Assembly (NCBI GenBank): GCA_028717385.1 | Contig: JAQUNW010000004.1 | Coordinates: 4,756 to 68,755, forward strand | Length of the DNA: 64,000 bases | Source of the DNA: Dehalococcoidales bacterium | GTDB taxonomy: Bacteria > Chloroflexota > Dehalococcoidia > Dehalococcoidales > CSSed11-197 | Direction: 5' to 3' | In this document: positions 1 through 11,230 of the stretch, in pieces | Layout of the letters: every line of letters begins with the position of its first letter | Position numbering within the stretch: position 1 is the first letter of the stretch | Translations under genes and position numbers: made by a program | Notes under the pieces: model-generated | Told to the model about the DNA's origin: nothing | Databases searched by the model: none | What the model saw: the letters and a program-made list of their open reading frames with translations, nothing else

Positions 1-84
1 TGTTTCCAGCGGCTCGGCAACAAAGTGGCCGTAATTGACCTCTTCTTCAATACATTCTATTTTAGGAACAACCAAGCTATACAA
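1..84 (-). CDS. rpoA: DNA-directed RNA polymerase alpha subunit, N-terminal fragment (continues beyond window)
   Basis: Reverse translation ..VVPKIECIEEEVNYGHFVAEPLET matches the conserved RpoA N-terminus (YGxFxxEPLE). It follows rpsD as in alpha operons. SD AAGGAGG is at 92-98. No in-frame ATG exists, so the start is probably TTG at 84 (alternative 75). Confidence 0.6.
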   Translation of the reverse strand, partial: MYSLVVPKIECIEEEVNYGHFVAEPLET

Positions 85-105
85 CCACAAACCTCCTTAA
101 ACCGG

Positions 106-729
106 CTATCGGGAGTAGTATTCAACCACAGCCGCTGTATCAAACCGAATTCCGACATCTTCTGGAGTCGGGGGCGTTACCACCTGCCCCTCCATCTTAG
201 TTTTATCAACACTAAGCCATTGGGGCGTAGTTTTGCTTCCTATATTCTCAACCAGCTGTTTATAATATTCTGTTTTACGACTTCCTTCACGCCAGCCAAT
301 CACGTCCCCTTCCTGTACCATGCATGAAGGTATATTGGTCTTTCTACCATTAAGCGTTATATGACCGTGACGAACAATCTGCCTCGCCTGAGACAGTGAA
401 TCAGCAAAACCCAGACGAAAGACTGCATTATCAAGACGCCTTTCAAGTAATGTAATCAGGTTATCACCAGTCACGCCGGGTTGTCGGTTAGCTTCGGCAA
501 AGAAGCGTCGAAGCTGTCTTTCCATTAAACCATAGCTAAAACGTACCTTTTGTTTTTCCCGCAACTGCACCCCGTGATCGGAAATACGCCGTCGACGGGC
601 TGTCTGTGGACCGGGAGCCTTAGGTTTTTTATCAAATACGCATCGCGTGAGGCACTTATCGCCTTTCAGCATCAGTTTTTCGCCGCTACGCCGGCATAAA
701 CGACAGCGAGCTTCAGTATACCTGGCCAT
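106..729 (-). CDS. rpsD: 30S ribosomal protein S4
   Basis: 207 aa. N-terminal [18 protein letters not shown] and the S4 RNA-binding domain are present. It sits after rpsK. Confidence 0.97.
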   Translation of the reverse strand: MARYTEARCRLCRRSGEKLMLKGDKCLTRCVFDKKPKAPGPQTARRRRISDHGVQLREKQKVRFSYGLMERQLRRFFAEANRQPGVTGDNLITLLERRLDNAVFRLGFADSLSQARQIVRHGHITLNGRKTNIPSCMVQEGDVIGWREGSRKTEYYKQLVENIGSKTTPQWLSVDKTKMEGQVVTPPTPEDVGIRFDTAAVVEYYSR

Positions 730-1118
730 TAGACTCTCCTCCTTTTACGAGCACGGCAACCGTTATGAGGGATTGGAGTTATATCCCTTATACTGGCAAC
801 ATTAAGACCTGTGCTCTGCAGAGAACGTATTGCCGCTTCGCGCCCACTCCCCGGTCCTTTAACATAAACATGTATTTCCTTCAAGCCATGCTCAATGCCT
901 TTTTTGGCGGCATTGGCAGCTGCTAGCTGGGCTGCATAAGGAGTACTTTTACGCGATCCTTTAAAACCAGCCATGCCAGCTGAGGCTGAAGCGATTACAT
1001 TACCCTGAGGGTCGGTAAGAGTAATAATTGTATTATTGAAAGTTGCCTGAATATAAGCCCGACCCAAGGGTATATTCTTACGCTCTTTCTTCCTGATGCG
1101 AGTACGTTTTTTGACCAT
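729..1118 (-). CDS. rpsK: 30S ribosomal protein S11
   Basis: 129 aa with typical S11 sequence (..[24 protein letters not shown]..). Its stop overlaps the rpsD start by 1 nt. Confidence 0.97.
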   Translation of the reverse strand: MVKKRTRIRKKERKNIPLGRAYIQATFNNTIITLTDPQGNVIASASAGMAGFKGSRKSTPYAAQLAAANAAKKGIEHGLKEIHVYVKGPGSGREAAIRSLQSTGLNVASIRDITPIPHNGCRARKRRRV

Positions 1119-1140
1119 TTTCTCTCCTAGTTAACCTTTA

Positions 1141-1530
1141 CTACTTCTTGGCCATGCCACGGCGCTGCCCTCTACCGGCAACTGTCTTGCGTTCACCGCG
1201 CCTGGTACGAGCATTTGTACGAGTTCTCTGACCTCGGGCAGGCAGGTTGCGCCGGTGGCGCATTCCCCGATAACTGCCAATATCCATTAACCTTTTGATA
1301 TTTAGGGTGTTCTCCTTGCGTAAATCACCCTCAACCTTCATACCTTTAGCTATCACTTCCCTTAGGCGGTTGATTTCGTCCTCGGTAAGACTGCTAACTT
1401 CCTTGGCGCGCTCGATACCGACTTCATCCAGGATTTTCAAGCTTGTAGTGCGCCCAATACCATAGATATATTGCAGTGCTACCCAGACCTGCTTCGTTTT
1501 AGGGATATCAACTCCGGCAATACGTGCCAT
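1141..1530 (-). CDS. rpsM: 30S ribosomal protein S13
   Basis: 129 aa. [16 protein letters not shown] is the canonical S13 N-terminus. Confidence 0.97.
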   Translation of the reverse strand: MARIAGVDIPKTKQVWVALQYIYGIGRTTSLKILDEVGIERAKEVSSLTEDEINRLREVIAKGMKVEGDLRKENTLNIKRLMDIGSYRGMRHRRNLPARGQRTRTNARTRRGERKTVAGRGQRRGMAKK

Positions 1531-1546
1531 TAAAGCCTCCTCTTAA

Positions 1547-1660
1547 CTAACCCTGACGTTGTTTGTGCTTGGGATTGGTGCATATCACCCTGACCACCCC
1601 ATGGCGTCTTATTATTTTGCATTTATCGCATACCTTTTTTACAGATGCCTTTACCTTCAT
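1547..1660 (-). CDS. rpmJ: 50S ribosomal protein L36
   Basis: Absent from the ORF track because it is under 60 aa. My reverse translation is [37 protein letters not shown], a textbook zinc-type L36. It lies between infA and rpsM. Confidence 0.95.
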   Translation of the reverse strand: MKVKASVKKVCDKCKIIRRHGVVRVICTNPKHKQRQG

Positions 1661-1678
1661 TACGCTCTTTCCATCATT

Positions 1679-1897
1679 TTATTTTAAACGATAGGTAATT
1701 CTACCACGAGTAAGGTCATATGGGGAAAGTTCCACCAGGACCTTATCACCGGGCAGTATCCGGATATAATGCACCCGGAGCTTACCTGATATATGAGCCA
1801 GTACCACATGCCCATTTGCCAATTCAACCCGAAAGGTTGCATTGGCCAGGGCTTCCTGTACCGTACCTTCAACTTCAATCGCCTCTTTTTTTGCCAT
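1679..1897 (-). CDS. infA: translation initiation factor IF-1
   Basis: 72 aa. [36 protein letters not shown] is the canonical IF-1 S1-like fold sequence. Confidence 0.97.
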   Translation of the reverse strand: MAKKEAIEVEGTVQEALANATFRVELANGHVVLAHISGKLRVHYIRILPGDKVLVELSPYDLTRGRITYRLK

Positions 1898-1902
1898 ATC
1901 TT

Positions 1903-2652
1903 TTAAACCGCTGTAAGTATCTCAGCTCCTCCATCATTTATAGCAATAGTATGCTCAAAATGAGCGGCCATACTGCCATCAGCAGTATAAACTACCCAGC
2001 GGTCATTACCAACCCTGGTAAGCCAAGTGCCAGTTGTGACCATAGGCTCAATAGCAAGTGTCATACCTTTTTTCAACTGCAATCCTGTTCCAATTTTACC
2101 GAAATTCGGAATTTGCGGATCTTCGTGCATATTCCTTCCTATCCCATGGCCAGTATATTCACGTATCACCGCGTAACCACGACTCTCAACGTATTCCTGA
2201 ATGGCAGCCGAAATATCTCCTATCCGCTTGCCTGCATGGGCAACATCGATACCAGCTTGTAAAGCGTTTCGAGTCACATCAATAAGATCGATCGCGCCGG
2301 GATCAATTTTCCCAGCCCCAACGGTAATGGCCGTATCCCCCTGAAATCCTTCAATCTCGAGTCCGAAGTCCAGGGAAACGATGTCACCTTCTCGGATTAC
2401 TCTTTCGCCAGGTATACCATGTACTATTTCATTGTTAATAGAAACACACAATGAAGCCGGAAAACCCTGGTAACCTTTGAAGGTGGGTTTTCCTCCCATT
2501 ATCTTTGCTTCTTCGTTTGCTATATCATCAAGTTCACGGGTTTTTATCCCCGGCTTAACACTTTTAGCCAGCTTCTCCAGCACTATAGCAGTAGCTTTAC
2601 CGGCACGGCGCATGAGTTCCAGTTCGCGCTTTGACTTTATAATAACTGCCAA
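1903..2652 (-). CDS. map: type I methionine aminopeptidase
   Basis: 249 aa. Contains MAP metal-ligand context (..VSLDFG.., ..GHGIG.., ..LAIEP..FEHT..) and sits in the spc-operon tail. Confidence 0.95.
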   Translation of the reverse strand: MAVIIKSKRELELMRRAGKATAIVLEKLAKSVKPGIKTRELDDIANEEAKIMGGKPTFKGYQGFPASLCVSINNEIVHGIPGERVIREGDIVSLDFGLEIEGFQGDTAITVGAGKIDPGAIDLIDVTRNALQAGIDVAHAGKRIGDISAAIQEYVESRGYAVIREYTGHGIGRNMHEDPQIPNFGKIGTGLQLKKGMTLAIEPMVTTGTWLTRVGNDRWVVYTADGSMAAHFEHTIAINDGGAEILTAV

Positions 2653-2656
2653 CTGA

Positions 2657-3298
2657 TCACTCCAGCGCTCGTATTATGCGCTTTGTAATTGTTTTAATCC
2701 CGCCCTGGCCTTCAATTTCAACCAGCTTATTCTGATTACGGTAGTAATCAATCAGCGGAGCTGTCTCTTTAAAATAGACCTCCAGCCTCCGATTTACAGT
2801 TTCCGGTTTATCATCGGTGCGCTGGTAAAGTTCACCGCTACAAGCTGGGCATCCTTCCTTATAAGGATTTTCGGTGTCACAGGATGAGTATGGCGACTGA
2901 CATTCACGGCAAAGCCATCTGCTGGACAAGCGTTTAACGAGTTCGGGTTGTGCTACTTGAATATCTACTACTCGATCAATAGCCTTATTTTGTTTTTCAA
3001 GTGCTTCATCCAGTGCTAATGCCTGGTTATAGTTACGGGGAAAACCATCGAGAATTACCCCTTTTCCTTCGCCAATGTTAATCAAACGTTCCAGTATCAC
3101 ACGGATGGTTATTTCATCCGGTACGAGCTCCCCGCGTTCCATATAGCTCTGGACTTCGGCCCCCAGCTCACTTTGCTGCTTCACAGCCTGCCGAAACAAA
3201 TCACCAGGAGCAAGATGCTCGAGTTCAAGTTCGCTGGCTACACGTTCGGCTTGGGTTCCTTTGCCTGCCCCTGGGGGGCCCATAAAAATAATATACAT
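2657..3298 (-). CDS. adk: adenylate kinase (zinc-lid type)
   Basis: P-loop MYIIFMGPPGAGKGTQ and lid CRECQ..CPAC. I trimmed the start to the ATG at 3298; the track start at 3364 would overlap secY. Confidence 0.93.
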   Translation of the reverse strand: MYIIFMGPPGAGKGTQAERVASELELEHLAPGDLFRQAVKQQSELGAEVQSYMERGELVPDEITIRVILERLINIGEGKGVILDGFPRNYNQALALDEALEKQNKAIDRVVDIQVAQPELVKRLSSRWLCRECQSPYSSCDTENPYKEGCPACSGELYQRTDDKPETVNRRLEVYFKETAPLIDYYRNQNKLVEIEGQGGIKTITKRIIRALE

Positions 3299-3317
3299 CA
3301 CTAAACCGAATAGAACC

Positions 3318-4601
3318 CTATTTAATAAAGCCTTCATAACGGCGCATTGCCAGCTGGGCTTCAAGTTGTTTCATAGTATCCAAAACAACACCCACAACAA
3401 TGAGCATGCCGAAACTCGAAAGCTGAAGAGTCTGCACATTAGTAACGGTTTGCGCAATCACCGGAATTATAGCTATGAAAGCCAGGAACAATGCTCCCGC
3501 CCAGGTGATGCGGTTAATTACGCCATTCAAATATTTTTCCGTCTGTTTACCTGGCCTCACACCAGGTATGAAGCCGCCCTGCCTCTGTAGAGTGCCTGGA
3601 AGATCTTGCTGCTGAAAGATAACCATGGTATAGAAGAAAGCAAAGAATACCACCAGCAGAAAGTTGAGCCCCCAATAAATTAAACCAAGCGGCATTTCAG
3701 CATTGGAACTGAAAATATTAACAATATGATTGGCAAAATTGGCCTCTTCCCCGGTCGGATTGGCAAAATAGCTTGCCACAATACTGGGAAACATTACAAA
3801 CGCCATGGCAAATATCAGTGGAATCATCCCGGCCGTATTGACCCGCAAAGGTATATAGGTAGAACCTGACTGGCGGTACATTCTGCCGCCCTTGATTACA
3901 CTTTTTGCATATTGAACTGGTATACGTCTATGAGCTTCGGTAAAAAGTACAATTAGCGCCGTTGTAGCAATAACAATAACAATGAATGCAACCAGGCCTA
4001 AAACCTGCCCTTGCTCACCAGCCAGTATACCTTCGCCAACCATACTCGGAATGCCAGATATAATACCGGCGAATATTATAATTGATATGCCATTACCGAT
4101 GCCATATTGGGTAATTTGTTCCCCTAACCAAACCAAAAACAGAGTACCAGCAATCATGGCGACAATAATAGCGGCTGTTGTGATTCCATCGGTTGATGCC
4201 ACAGCACCATTAGCCTGCAGTAATGCCAGCTGTCCATAACTAGCAAATGCCGCCAGCGGAACCGTTAGCAAATGAGTATATAAATTTATTTTATTGCGCC
4301 CGGCTTCACCCTCCTGGGACAGTGCCTGCAGTTTAGGGATAACTGGCGTCATTAGCTGCATCACGATGGTAGATGTAATATAGGGATACACTCCCATAGC
4401 GGCTACGCTGAAATTTCTCATAGCTCCACCGCTGAAGAGGTCAAACATACCTAAAAGAGCGTTCGAGTGGAAGAATTCGGCAAGGATTGCCGCATTCACT
4501 CCGGGAACAGGAATATGTGCTATCAGGCGGAAAACAATAATCGCTCCGAATACGACCAGCAACCTGCGCCGTAAATCAGGCAGGCTGAAAGCATCGATCA
4601 T
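3318..4601 (-). CDS. secY: preprotein translocase subunit SecY
   Basis: Polytopic membrane protein with SecY sequence throughout. I trimmed the start to MIDAFSLPDLRRRLL (ATG 4601), 13 nt after the rplO stop. Confidence 0.93.
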   Translation of the reverse strand: MIDAFSLPDLRRRLLVVFGAIIVFRLIAHIPVPGVNAAILAEFFHSNALLGMFDLFSGGAMRNFSVAAMGVYPYITSTIVMQLMTPVIPKLQALSQEGEAGRNKINLYTHLLTVPLAAFASYGQLALLQANGAVASTDGITTAAIIVAMIAGTLFLVWLGEQITQYGIGNGISIIIFAGIISGIPSMVGEGILAGEQGQVLGLVAFIVIVIATTALIVLFTEAHRRIPVQYAKSVIKGGRMYRQSGSTYIPLRVNTAGMIPLIFAMAFVMFPSIVASYFANPTGEEANFANHIVNIFSSNAEMPLGLIYWGLNFLLVVFFAFFYTMVIFQQQDLPGTLQRQGGFIPGVRPGKQTEKYLNGVINRITWAGALFLAFIAIIPVIAQTVTNVQTLQLSSFGMLIVVGVVLDTMKQLEAQLAMRRYEGFIK

Positions 4602-4614
4602 AGCCTGGAGTAAT

Positions 4615-5085
4615 CTAGGCCTGGATTGCACCTGAGCCAAAAGGGACCTCCTCAATCCGGCCGCCAGCAGCTTCAATTTTAGCTCTTGCGGCATCGGAAA
4701 ACTTATTAGCGCTTACAACAAGCGGTCTATCCAAATCACCATTGGCTAGTACCTTGACCGGTTTTGCCAACGTTTTTATAAGACCTGCTTTTAACAATTT
4801 TTCAATACTAACTTCAGTATCGGGTTCGAATATAATCAATTCTTCGATATTTACCAGACTAAACTGCGTTTTAAAAATATTGGTAAATCCACGCTTGCGC
4901 GGTAACCGTTTAATGATTGGCAGCTGACCACCTTCAAAACCCGGTCTTATGTTATATCCCGCGCGTGCTTTTTGACCTTTTAAACCACGGCATGAATAAG
5001 TGCCATGGCCACTTGCATTTCCGCGCCCGACCCTTTTTCTATCTTTCTTTGAACCGGGAGCCGGTGCTAGTTCATTCAAATTCAC
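4615..5085 (-). CDS. rplO: 50S ribosomal protein L15
   Basis: 156 aa. [21 protein letters not shown].. is the canonical L15 N-terminus. Confidence 0.97.
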   Translation of the reverse strand: MNLNELAPAPGSKKDRKRVGRGNASGHGTYSCRGLKGQKARAGYNIRPGFEGGQLPIIKRLPRKRGFTNIFKTQFSLVNIEELIIFEPDTEVSIEKLLKAGLIKTLAKPVKVLANGDLDRPLVVSANKFSDAARAKIEAAGGRIEEVPFGSGAIQA

Positions 5086-5267
5086 TGGCTCGCCTCCTCT
5101 ATTGTTACTAAATGTCTTACTTTCACTATCATCCCACGTAAAGACTGGGAGTCTTCTTTCACCACACTCTGGTTGATCTTGTTCAAACCAAGAGATTTTA
5201 ACGTTAAACGCTGGTCTTCGGGATAACCGATAGGACTATGCGTGCATGTTATGCGTAATTTAGCCAT
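5082..5267 (-). CDS. rpmD: 50S ribosomal protein L30
   Basis: 61 aa and L30-like (..[20 protein letters not shown]). It lies between rpsE and rplO with 4-nt overlaps. Confidence 0.93.
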   Translation of the reverse strand: MAKLRITCTHSPIGYPEDQRLTLKSLGLNKINQSVVKEDSQSLRGMIVKVRHLVTIEEASQ

Positions 5268-5793
5268 TAACAGCCGCCTCCGGTTCTAATTCAATCCCTT
5301 TCCGGCGGGCTATTTCAGCTTTCGGATCACGTAGCTGACCAAGAGCGTAAATAGTTGCTTTAGCTACGTTGATAGGGTTGGAGCTACCAAGCGACTTACT
5401 GAGAACATCTTTAACACCAGCGGCCTCAACCACCGCCCTGACAGCACCCCCGGCTATGATTCCCGTACCAGGTGTAGCGGGCTTTAAAAACACAACACTT
5501 GCTCCAAGTTTTACTGTAGCCTCACTCGGAATTGTGTTGCCCTTTAATGGCACTTTCACAATATTTTTACGAGCGTAAGCGCCAGCCTTGGCAATAGCCG
5601 AAGGCACTTCGTTGGATTTTGCAAGCCCAATTCCTACATGGCCGGCGCCATCACCAACCACTACCAGTGCATTGAAACGCATGCGCTTCCCACCCTTGAC
5701 CACCTTGGAAACCCGGTTAAGGGCAATAAGCTTTTCATTAAGCACCAGCTCATCGGGATTGATTTTGGCTGTTCGCACTTCTTTTTTACTCAC
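5260..5793 (-). CDS. rpsE: 30S ribosomal protein S5
   Basis: 177 aa. Contains S5 motifs ..[25 protein letters not shown]. Confidence 0.97.
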   Translation of the reverse strand: MSKKEVRTAKINPDELVLNEKLIALNRVSKVVKGGKRMRFNALVVVGDGAGHVGIGLAKSNEVPSAIAKAGAYARKNIVKVPLKGNTIPSEATVKLGASVVFLKPATPGTGIIAGGAVRAVVEAAGVKDVLSKSLGSSNPINVAKATIYALGQLRDPKAEIARRKGIELEPEAAVNG

Positions 5794-5804
5794 TCCGCAC
5801 TCCC

Positions 5805-6170
5805 TTAGAACTTAAGTCCTGCTTTACGGGCGGCTTCCGCTAAAGATTTGACCCGGCCGTGATACTTGTAACCACCACGGTCGAAAACGACCTGCGTGAT
5901 TCCTTTCTCACGAGCTTTTTGGGCAATCAGTTCGCCAACCATTTCAGCATGAGAACTCTTATTTTTATTTTCCAGATTGTCTTTTATTGTTATATCCAAT
6001 GTTGAAGCAGCCGCCAAGGTATGTCCACAAGAATCGTCGATTACCTGCACATATATATGGTTCAGGCTGCGAAATACTGCCAGTCTTGGCCTTTCACTAT
6101 CGCCCCTGACTTTGCTGCGCACACGTGCATGCCTTATCAATCTGGCAGCGCGAGAATTAACCTTGGCCAT
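5805..6170 (-). CDS. rplR: 50S ribosomal protein L18
   Basis: 121 aa. Contains ..[18 protein letters not shown].. and the C-terminal ..[17 protein letters not shown]. Confidence 0.97.
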   Translation of the reverse strand: MAKVNSRAARLIRHARVRSKVRGDSERPRLAVFRSLNHIYVQVIDDSCGHTLAAASTLDITIKDNLENKNKSSHAEMVGELIAQKAREKGITQVVFDRGGYKYHGRVKSLAEAARKAGLKF

Positions 6171-6724
6171 TATTTTTTACCCCCTACTGCCTTACCAGCC
6201 TTGCCAGGTTTAATGCGGATCTTTTCACCAGCGTAACGCACACCTTTCCCTTTATAAGCGTCTGGCAGACGAGACTTCTTGATTTCTGCAGCAATCTTGC
6301 CAACCTTTTCCTTATCAATACCGATAACTTTTATTTTATTCGGATTTTCCAGTTCAAACATAATCCCGGGCTCAGGATCAAAATCACATGTGTGCGAAAA
6401 TCCCAGTTTTAAAACCAGCTTCTCGCCCACCTTCTCAGCCCGGTATCCTACGCCAACAATCTCAAGGCTCTTTTCAAATCCCTTGGAAACACCTTCTACC
6501 ATGTTAGCAATCAACGCACGGGTTAAACCATGCTGGGCACGGTGTTCACGCGCATCGCTAGGTCGGTTTATTCTAAGTATCCCGTCCTCAAGCTTGATTT
6601 CCATCGCAGGGTTAATCTTGCGGGACAGCTCTCCCTTAGGACCCTTGACCTTAATATCGTGTTCTTTAATTTCTACCGACACCCCCTGGGGCACGGTTAT
6701 TGGCATTCTTCCAATTCTAGACAT
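6170..6724 (-). CDS. rplF: 50S ribosomal protein L6
   Basis: 184 aa. MSRIGR.PI.VP.GV.V is the canonical L6 start. Confidence 0.97.
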   Translation of the reverse strand: MSRIGRMPITVPQGVSVEIKEHDIKVKGPKGELSRKINPAMEIKLEDGILRINRPSDAREHRAQHGLTRALIANMVEGVSKGFEKSLEIVGVGYRAEKVGEKLVLKLGFSHTCDFDPEPGIMFELENPNKIKVIGIDKEKVGKIAAEIKKSRLPDAYKGKGVRYAGEKIRIKPGKAGKAVGGKK

Positions 6725-6742
6725 TCTTAGACCTCAATATTT

Positions 6743-7141
6743 CTACCAGATAAACCCTAGTATTTCGCCGCCAACCCCCTTGCGATAAGCCTCACCACCA
6801 GTCATCACTCCCTTTGAAGTGGAAATGACTGCGATTCCGGCGCCGCCGTAAACCCGGGGGATTTGAGTCGACGGAACATAAACTCTAAGCCCTGGTTTGC
6901 TAACCCTTTTTAAGCCATTAATAAATGGGCGTCTTACATCATCATATTTCAGGTTTATTTTAACCTGTTTTTTAGTTTTCTCGCCTTCAACCTCATAGTC
7001 AGCTATAAACCCTTCTTCTTTAAGAATTTTGGCAATGGCTATTTTCGTTTTGGAAGCCGGTATTGCCACGGTTTCATGCTGTACCATAACCGCATTACGT
7101 ATGCGGGTCAACATATCACTTATTGGATCAGATACTGTCAT
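6743..7141 (-). CDS. rpsH: 30S ribosomal protein S8
   Basis: 132 aa. [14 protein letters not shown] is the canonical S8 start. Confidence 0.97.
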   Translation of the reverse strand: MTVSDPISDMLTRIRNAVMVQHETVAIPASKTKIAIAKILKEEGFIADYEVEGEKTKKQVKINLKYDDVRRPFINGLKRVSKPGLRVYVPSTQIPRVYGGAGIAVISTSKGVMTGGEAYRKGVGGEILGFIW

Positions 7142-7156
7142 GCTTTTTTCTCCCTG

Positions 7157-7342
7157 CTACCAGCTTGCTTTCTTTACACCAGGAATCAATCCCCTGGATG
7201 CCATTTCCCTAAAACATATTCTACAAAGGCCAAAATCCCTTATATAAGCCCTGGGTCGACCGCATTTCATGCAGCGGGAATACCCGCGGGATTTAAATTT
7301 AGGAAGCCTGTTAGCCTTAATTACCATTGATTTCTTAGCCAT
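7157..7342 (-). CDS. rpsN: 30S ribosomal protein S14, short zinc-binding (type Z) form
   Basis: 61 aa. CxxC...CxxC (CMKCGR..CRIC) and the C-terminal ..PGVKKASW. Confidence 0.96.
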   Translation of the reverse strand: MAKKSMVIKANRLPKFKSRGYSRCMKCGRPRAYIRDFGLCRICFREMASRGLIPGVKKASW

Positions 7343-7351
7343 AATAACTCC

Positions 7352-7894
7352 TTAATTCCTGGTGAAGGGCATACCCAAGAGTTCCAGAAGCCGCCTGGCT
7401 TCCCGGTCTGTGCGAGCTGTAGTAACAACTGTTACCTCAAGCCCTCTCAACTTATCAACTTTATCGAATTCTATCTCGGGGAACATTATTTGCTCTTTAA
7501 AACCAAGAGTGTAATTACCCTGGCCGTCAAACGCGTCGGCACTTACTCCCTGGAAATCACGGATCCTGGGTAATACCACGTTTATTACTTTATCCAGAAA
7601 CTCGTGCATCCTGCGCCCACGCAACGTAACCTTTAAACCAACCGGCATACCTTCTCTAAGCTTGAACGCCGATATCGACCGCTTGGATCGAGTAGTAACA
7701 GGGTGTTGCCCGCTTATCGCAGTGAGATCACTTTCAGCCGCTTCAATAGCCTTGGCGTTTTGAATGGCTTCTCCGACTCCGATATTAAGCACGATTTTTA
7801 CCAACCGCGGGACTTGCATTACATTACTGTAGCCAAACTCTTTCATCAAGCCCGGCGCAACTTCATTTTGGTATTTTTCCTTGAGAGCCAACAT
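7352..7894 (-). CDS. rplE: 50S ribosomal protein L5
   Basis: 180 aa. L5 sequence and spc-operon position. Confidence 0.97.
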   Translation of the reverse strand: MLALKEKYQNEVAPGLMKEFGYSNVMQVPRLVKIVLNIGVGEAIQNAKAIEAAESDLTAISGQHPVTTRSKRSISAFKLREGMPVGLKVTLRGRRMHEFLDKVINVVLPRIRDFQGVSADAFDGQGNYTLGFKEQIMFPEIEFDKVDKLRGLEVTVVTTARTDREARRLLELLGMPFTRN

Positions 7895-8206
7895 CTAATC
7901 TACAACCTCTTTGCACGATTTACAGTAGCGCACCTTTTTGCCGTCATCCAACTTGCGATATCCCAGACGCACTGGTTTATGGCACTTATCACACAGATAC
8001 ATCACATTGGATATATCCATGGGTGACTCTCGCTCGATAATGCCTGCCTGACGGGCTTGTTTTGTCGGACGCGCATGTTTCTTGACCATATTAATCCCAT
8101 CAACCATCAACTGTCCGTCACGTGTTATAACTTGGCGAACCTTGCCTTTTTTTCCTTTGTCCTTACCGGCGGTAACCAACACTGTATCGTTCTTTTTTAT
8201 TTTCAT
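7895..8206 (-). CDS. rplX: 50S ribosomal protein L24
   Basis: 103 aa. KOW motif MKIKKNDTVLVTAGKDKGKKGKV. Confidence 0.97.
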   Translation of the reverse strand: MKIKKNDTVLVTAGKDKGKKGKVRQVITRDGQLMVDGINMVKKHARPTKQARQAGIIERESPMDISNVMYLCDKCHKPVRLGYRKLDDGKKVRYCKSCKEVVD

Positions 8207-8211
8207 AATTA

Positions 8212-8580
8212 CTAAATCACCTCTGGCGCCAGGGAAAGAATCTTGGTGTAGTCTTTATCTCGCAATTCACGAGCTACCGGGCCAAATATACGAGTTCCCT
8301 TAGGGTTATTTTTATCGGTAAGTATCACAGCTGCATTTTCGTCGAACCTGATATACGAACCGTCATAACGCTTGTATGGTTTGGAAACACGCACGACTAC
8401 TGCTCTGACAACCTCTCCCTTTTTAACAGATGATTCCGGAATAGCCTTCTTTACGGAGGCAACTATAACATCACCTACGCGTGCACATCTTTTTCCGGAA
8501 CCACCAGGAACATTGATGCACATTATCTGACGGGCTCCGGTATTGTCTGCTACTTTTAAACGAGTCTGTGGCTGTATCAT
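8212..8580 (-). CDS. rplN: 50S ribosomal protein L14
   Basis: 122 aa. [16 protein letters not shown] is the canonical L14 start. Confidence 0.98.
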   Translation of the reverse strand: MIQPQTRLKVADNTGARQIMCINVPGGSGKRCARVGDVIVASVKKAIPESSVKKGEVVRAVVVRVSKPYKRYDGSYIRFDENAAVILTDKNNPKGTRIFGPVARELRDKDYTKILSLAPEVI

Positions 8581-8581
8581 A

Positions 8582-8884
8582 TTATTCTGCCTTTTCGACC
8601 TCGGGTACGAGTTCTTCTTCTTTTAATTCGGCCACTTCCTTACGGGTAATAATTTCCAGCAAACGCCACCGCTTTTCTTTGGAAAGAGGCCTTGTTTCGA
8701 TAATTTTTACTTTATCGCCAGCCTGGCACTGATTATTCTCATCATGTACTTTATATTTAATAACTCTTCGAAAAGTCTTCCGATAAAGAGGATGTCTTTT
8801 AACAACTTCAACACCCACAATAGCCGTTTTATCCATTTTTCGGCTGACAACAAAACCTATCCTGGTCTTTCTTCTGGCTTCCAT
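8582..8884 (-). CDS. rpsQ: 30S ribosomal protein S17
   Basis: 100 aa. S17 core (..G.VVS.KMDKT..V.V......HPLY.K...) plus an acidic C-terminal tail. Confidence 0.96.
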   Translation of the reverse strand: MEARRKTRIGFVVSRKMDKTAIVGVEVVKRHPLYRKTFRRVIKYKVHDENNQCQAGDKVKIIETRPLSKEKRWRLLEIITRKEVAELKEEELVPEVEKAE

Positions 8885-8891
8885 ATTTTTG

Positions 8892-9083
8892 TTATACTCC
8901 CAGCTCTCGTTCCCTCTTGATTGTCCTCAGCCGGGCTATCTCCTTTTTAATCTTGCTAATATCCTTGGGGCTTTTTAACTGTCGTGTAGCTGCCTTGAAG
9001 CGCATGTCGAGCAATTCTTTCTGTGCTTCTTCCAGCCGTTTTAAAAGCTCGCCATCGGTCATTTCTCGTATATTAGTTTTCAT
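8892..9083 (-). CDS. rpmC: 50S ribosomal protein L29
   Basis: The L29 sequence begins at [31 protein letters not shown] trimmed the start to the ATG at 9083, because the track start at 9206 lies inside rplP. It overlaps the rplP stop by 11 nt. Confidence 0.93.
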   Translation of the reverse strand: MKTNIREMTDGELLKRLEEAQKELLDMRFKAATRQLKSPKDISKIKKEIARLRTIKRERELGV

Positions 9084-9516
9084 CGGCCGCCTCCTCCTCG
9101 ACAGTTTCCTGCGCGCGTGCAATAAACTGGGTGCCGAGCGGAAGCTTATGTCCGGCGAGGCGCATTGCCTCCTTGGCATGATCAAAAGTGACTCCGCTGA
9201 TTTCAAATAGGATGCGCCCTCGCTTTACTACCGAAACCCAATGATCCATAGGACCTTTACCGGAACCCATACGAGTTTCAGCCGGTTTCTTGGTAACTGG
9301 CTTATCCGGGAAAACGCGAATCCATATCTTGCCACCACGCTTAACATAATGGACTATCGCCCGCCTGGCGGATTCTATCTGTCTGGCAGTAACCCACGCC
9401 GAACTTGTAGCCTGAAGCGCGTATTCGCCATGTTCAATGATAGCCCCGCGGTGGGCCATGCCCCTGCGATGGCCTTTATGTGATTTTCGATATTTAACTC
9501 TCTTCGGTTGAAGCAT
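9073..9516 (-). CDS. rplP: 50S ribosomal protein L16
   Basis: 147 aa. [14 protein letters not shown] is the canonical L16 start. Confidence 0.98.
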   Translation of the reverse strand: MLQPKRVKYRKSHKGHRRGMAHRGAIIEHGEYALQATSSAWVTARQIESARRAIVHYVKRGGKIWIRVFPDKPVTKKPAETRMGSGKGPMDHWVSVVKRGRILFEISGVTFDHAKEAMRLAGHKLPLGTQFIARAQETVEEEAADEN

Positions 9517-10594
9517 CGTGCTCTTCCTCTACTGTCTTAGCCTTTTTCTTTTTTGCAGAAACCGATTTGCCCTTTTCTTCACCGGCTAAAGGCTCATCTT
9601 CTCCATCAGCCGCTTTTTTTGCTTTGGTTGCCGATTTGGCAGCTGTAACTATTTTGGAAGATTTGCTTTTTAATGTTTCCTCTTCACCAGCCGCCTGTTC
9701 TTCCACTACTTGAGCTTTAACTCTGCGTTTTGGCTTGGCCACTTCTGTAGCTTCAGCAGTGACACTGTCAGCCGCGGAATCCTCATCAGCAACACCTGTA
9801 CCGGTTTTAGCTTTAACCTTACGGCTTGCAGTGGCCTTTTTTTCTTTTTCAACAGCAGTCGAGATTTCGTCAGTTGCTATTTCAGCACTTTCGTTACCTT
9901 CGACAGCTTCTGTTGCGGTTACCTCAACCACTGCTGGTACGGCTGCCTCAACGGCTTCTTCTTCCTGCTCAGGGAGAATATCGCCCCGATATAGCCATAC
10001 CTTAATACCAATTCGCCCCATTAGGGTATGAGCTTCAGTAAAACCATAGTCCACATCGGCTCGAATAGTATGCAACGGCACCCTTCCTTGGTGCATTACC
10101 TGACTTCGTGCTATCTCAACACCGCCCAGCCTTCCAGCGCAATTGATCTTGATTCCTTGTGCGCCAGCTTGCATGCTCCGGAATAAAGCCTGCTTCATCG
10201 CCCGTCGGTAAGCAACCCTGCGTTCAATCTGTTCTGCTAGCGACCTGGCAACCAGGAAAGCATCGAGTTCTGGCTGGCGAATCTCCTGCACATTCAGCTG
10301 GAGCTTCTTTCCGATAAGCTCTTCCAAATTTCGACGGGTTTCATCCACACGTTGTCCGCCCCGGCCAATTACAATACCCGGTCTTGCAGTGTGAATAGTC
10401 ACAATAATTTTATTGGCCGGCCTTTCGATTTCAATAAGTGATACTCCGGCATCTCCGTATTTTTTGGTTATCGCCTTACGTATCTCCATATCTTCCTGAA
10501 GATATTCTACGTAACGCTTATCGGTATGCCATTTGGATTGCCAGTCACGGACAACCCCAAGCCTGAACCCAATTGGGTGAACTTTGCGTCCCAT
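9494..10594 (-). CDS. rpsC: 30S ribosomal protein S3 with a roughly 156-aa low-complexity C-terminal extension
   Basis: Residues 1-210 are canonical S3 ([13 protein letters not shown].., KH domain, ..[14 protein letters not shown]). Residues 211-366 are an Ala/Glu/Lys/Thr/Val-rich tail. Confidence 0.96.
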   Translation of the reverse strand: MGRKVHPIGFRLGVVRDWQSKWHTDKRYVEYLQEDMEIRKAITKKYGDAGVSLIEIERPANKIIVTIHTARPGIVIGRGGQRVDETRRNLEELIGKKLQLNVQEIRQPELDAFLVARSLAEQIERRVAYRRAMKQALFRSMQAGAQGIKINCAGRLGGVEIARSQVMHQGRVPLHTIRADVDYGFTEAHTLMGRIGIKVWLYRGDILPEQEEEAVEAAVPAVVEVTATEAVEGNESAEIATDEISTAVEKEKKATASRKVKAKTGTGVADEDSAADSVTAEATEVAKPKRRVKAQVVEEQAAGEEETLKSKSSKIVTAAKSATKAKKAADGEDEPLAGEEKGKSVSAKKKKAKTVEEEHDASTEES

Positions 10595-10932
10595 TAAGCC
10601 TCCTGCTCACTCACAACAACTGTAATGTGGCTGGAGCGTTTCAAAATAGCACCAGCCCTGCCGCGTGATTTTGCTTTATACCGTTTATTCATCCTCGCCT
10701 CATCGGCGTAAATGGCTACAACTCTTAAATCTGCCGGTTCCATCTGGTAATTATGCTCGGCGTTGGCCATTGCCGACCGGATTACCTGCGCGACCACTCT
10801 AGCATGCGGAGTTGGCGCAAAAGCAAGTATATCCACTGCCTGAGCTGCACGCATACCCCTGACGTTGTTAATCAGCGGTCTGATTTTTCGAACAGAAATC
10901 CCGGTGTCTTTTACAACAGCTTTTACTCTCAT
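10594..10932 (-). CDS. rplV: 50S ribosomal protein L22
   Basis: 112 aa. L22 sequence and S10-operon position. Confidence 0.96.
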   Translation of the reverse strand: MRVKAVVKDTGISVRKIRPLINNVRGMRAAQAVDILAFAPTPHARVVAQVIRSAMANAEHNYQMEPADLRVVAIYADEARMNKRYKAKSRGRAGAILKRSSHITVVVSEQEA

Positions 10933-10947
10933 CGTACTCTAACCTAA

Positions 10948-11226
10948 CTACTTCTTACCTTTTTCTGATTTGGACACATGACCCCGGAAAGTTCTGGTGG
11001 GCGCGAATTCTCCCAGCCTGTGCCCAACCATATTTTCGGTGATAAAAATCGGCACATGTCTGCGTCCGTCATGCACTCCAACAGTAAGACCTACCATCTC
11101 TGGCACTATCGTTGACCACCTCGCCCAGGTTTTTATTACAACTCTCTCCTTGGAGCGACTGATGGCTTCAACCTTTTTCATTAATTTTCCGTCAACTGCC
11201 GGACCCTTCTTTATTGACCTTGACAT
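10948..11226 (-). CDS. rpsS: 30S ribosomal protein S19
   Basis: 92 aa. [12 protein letters not shown] and ..[16 protein letters not shown]. Confidence 0.98.
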   Translation of the reverse strand: MSRSIKKGPAVDGKLMKKVEAISRSKERVVIKTWARWSTIVPEMVGLTVGVHDGRRHVPIFITENMVGHRLGEFAPTRTFRGHVSKSEKGKK

Positions 11227-11230
11227 TAGA

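Noticed and set aside
25-327. 100-aa plus-strand ORF at the window start
   Set aside because: It is antisense to rpsD and the rpoA N-terminus and has no supporting signals.
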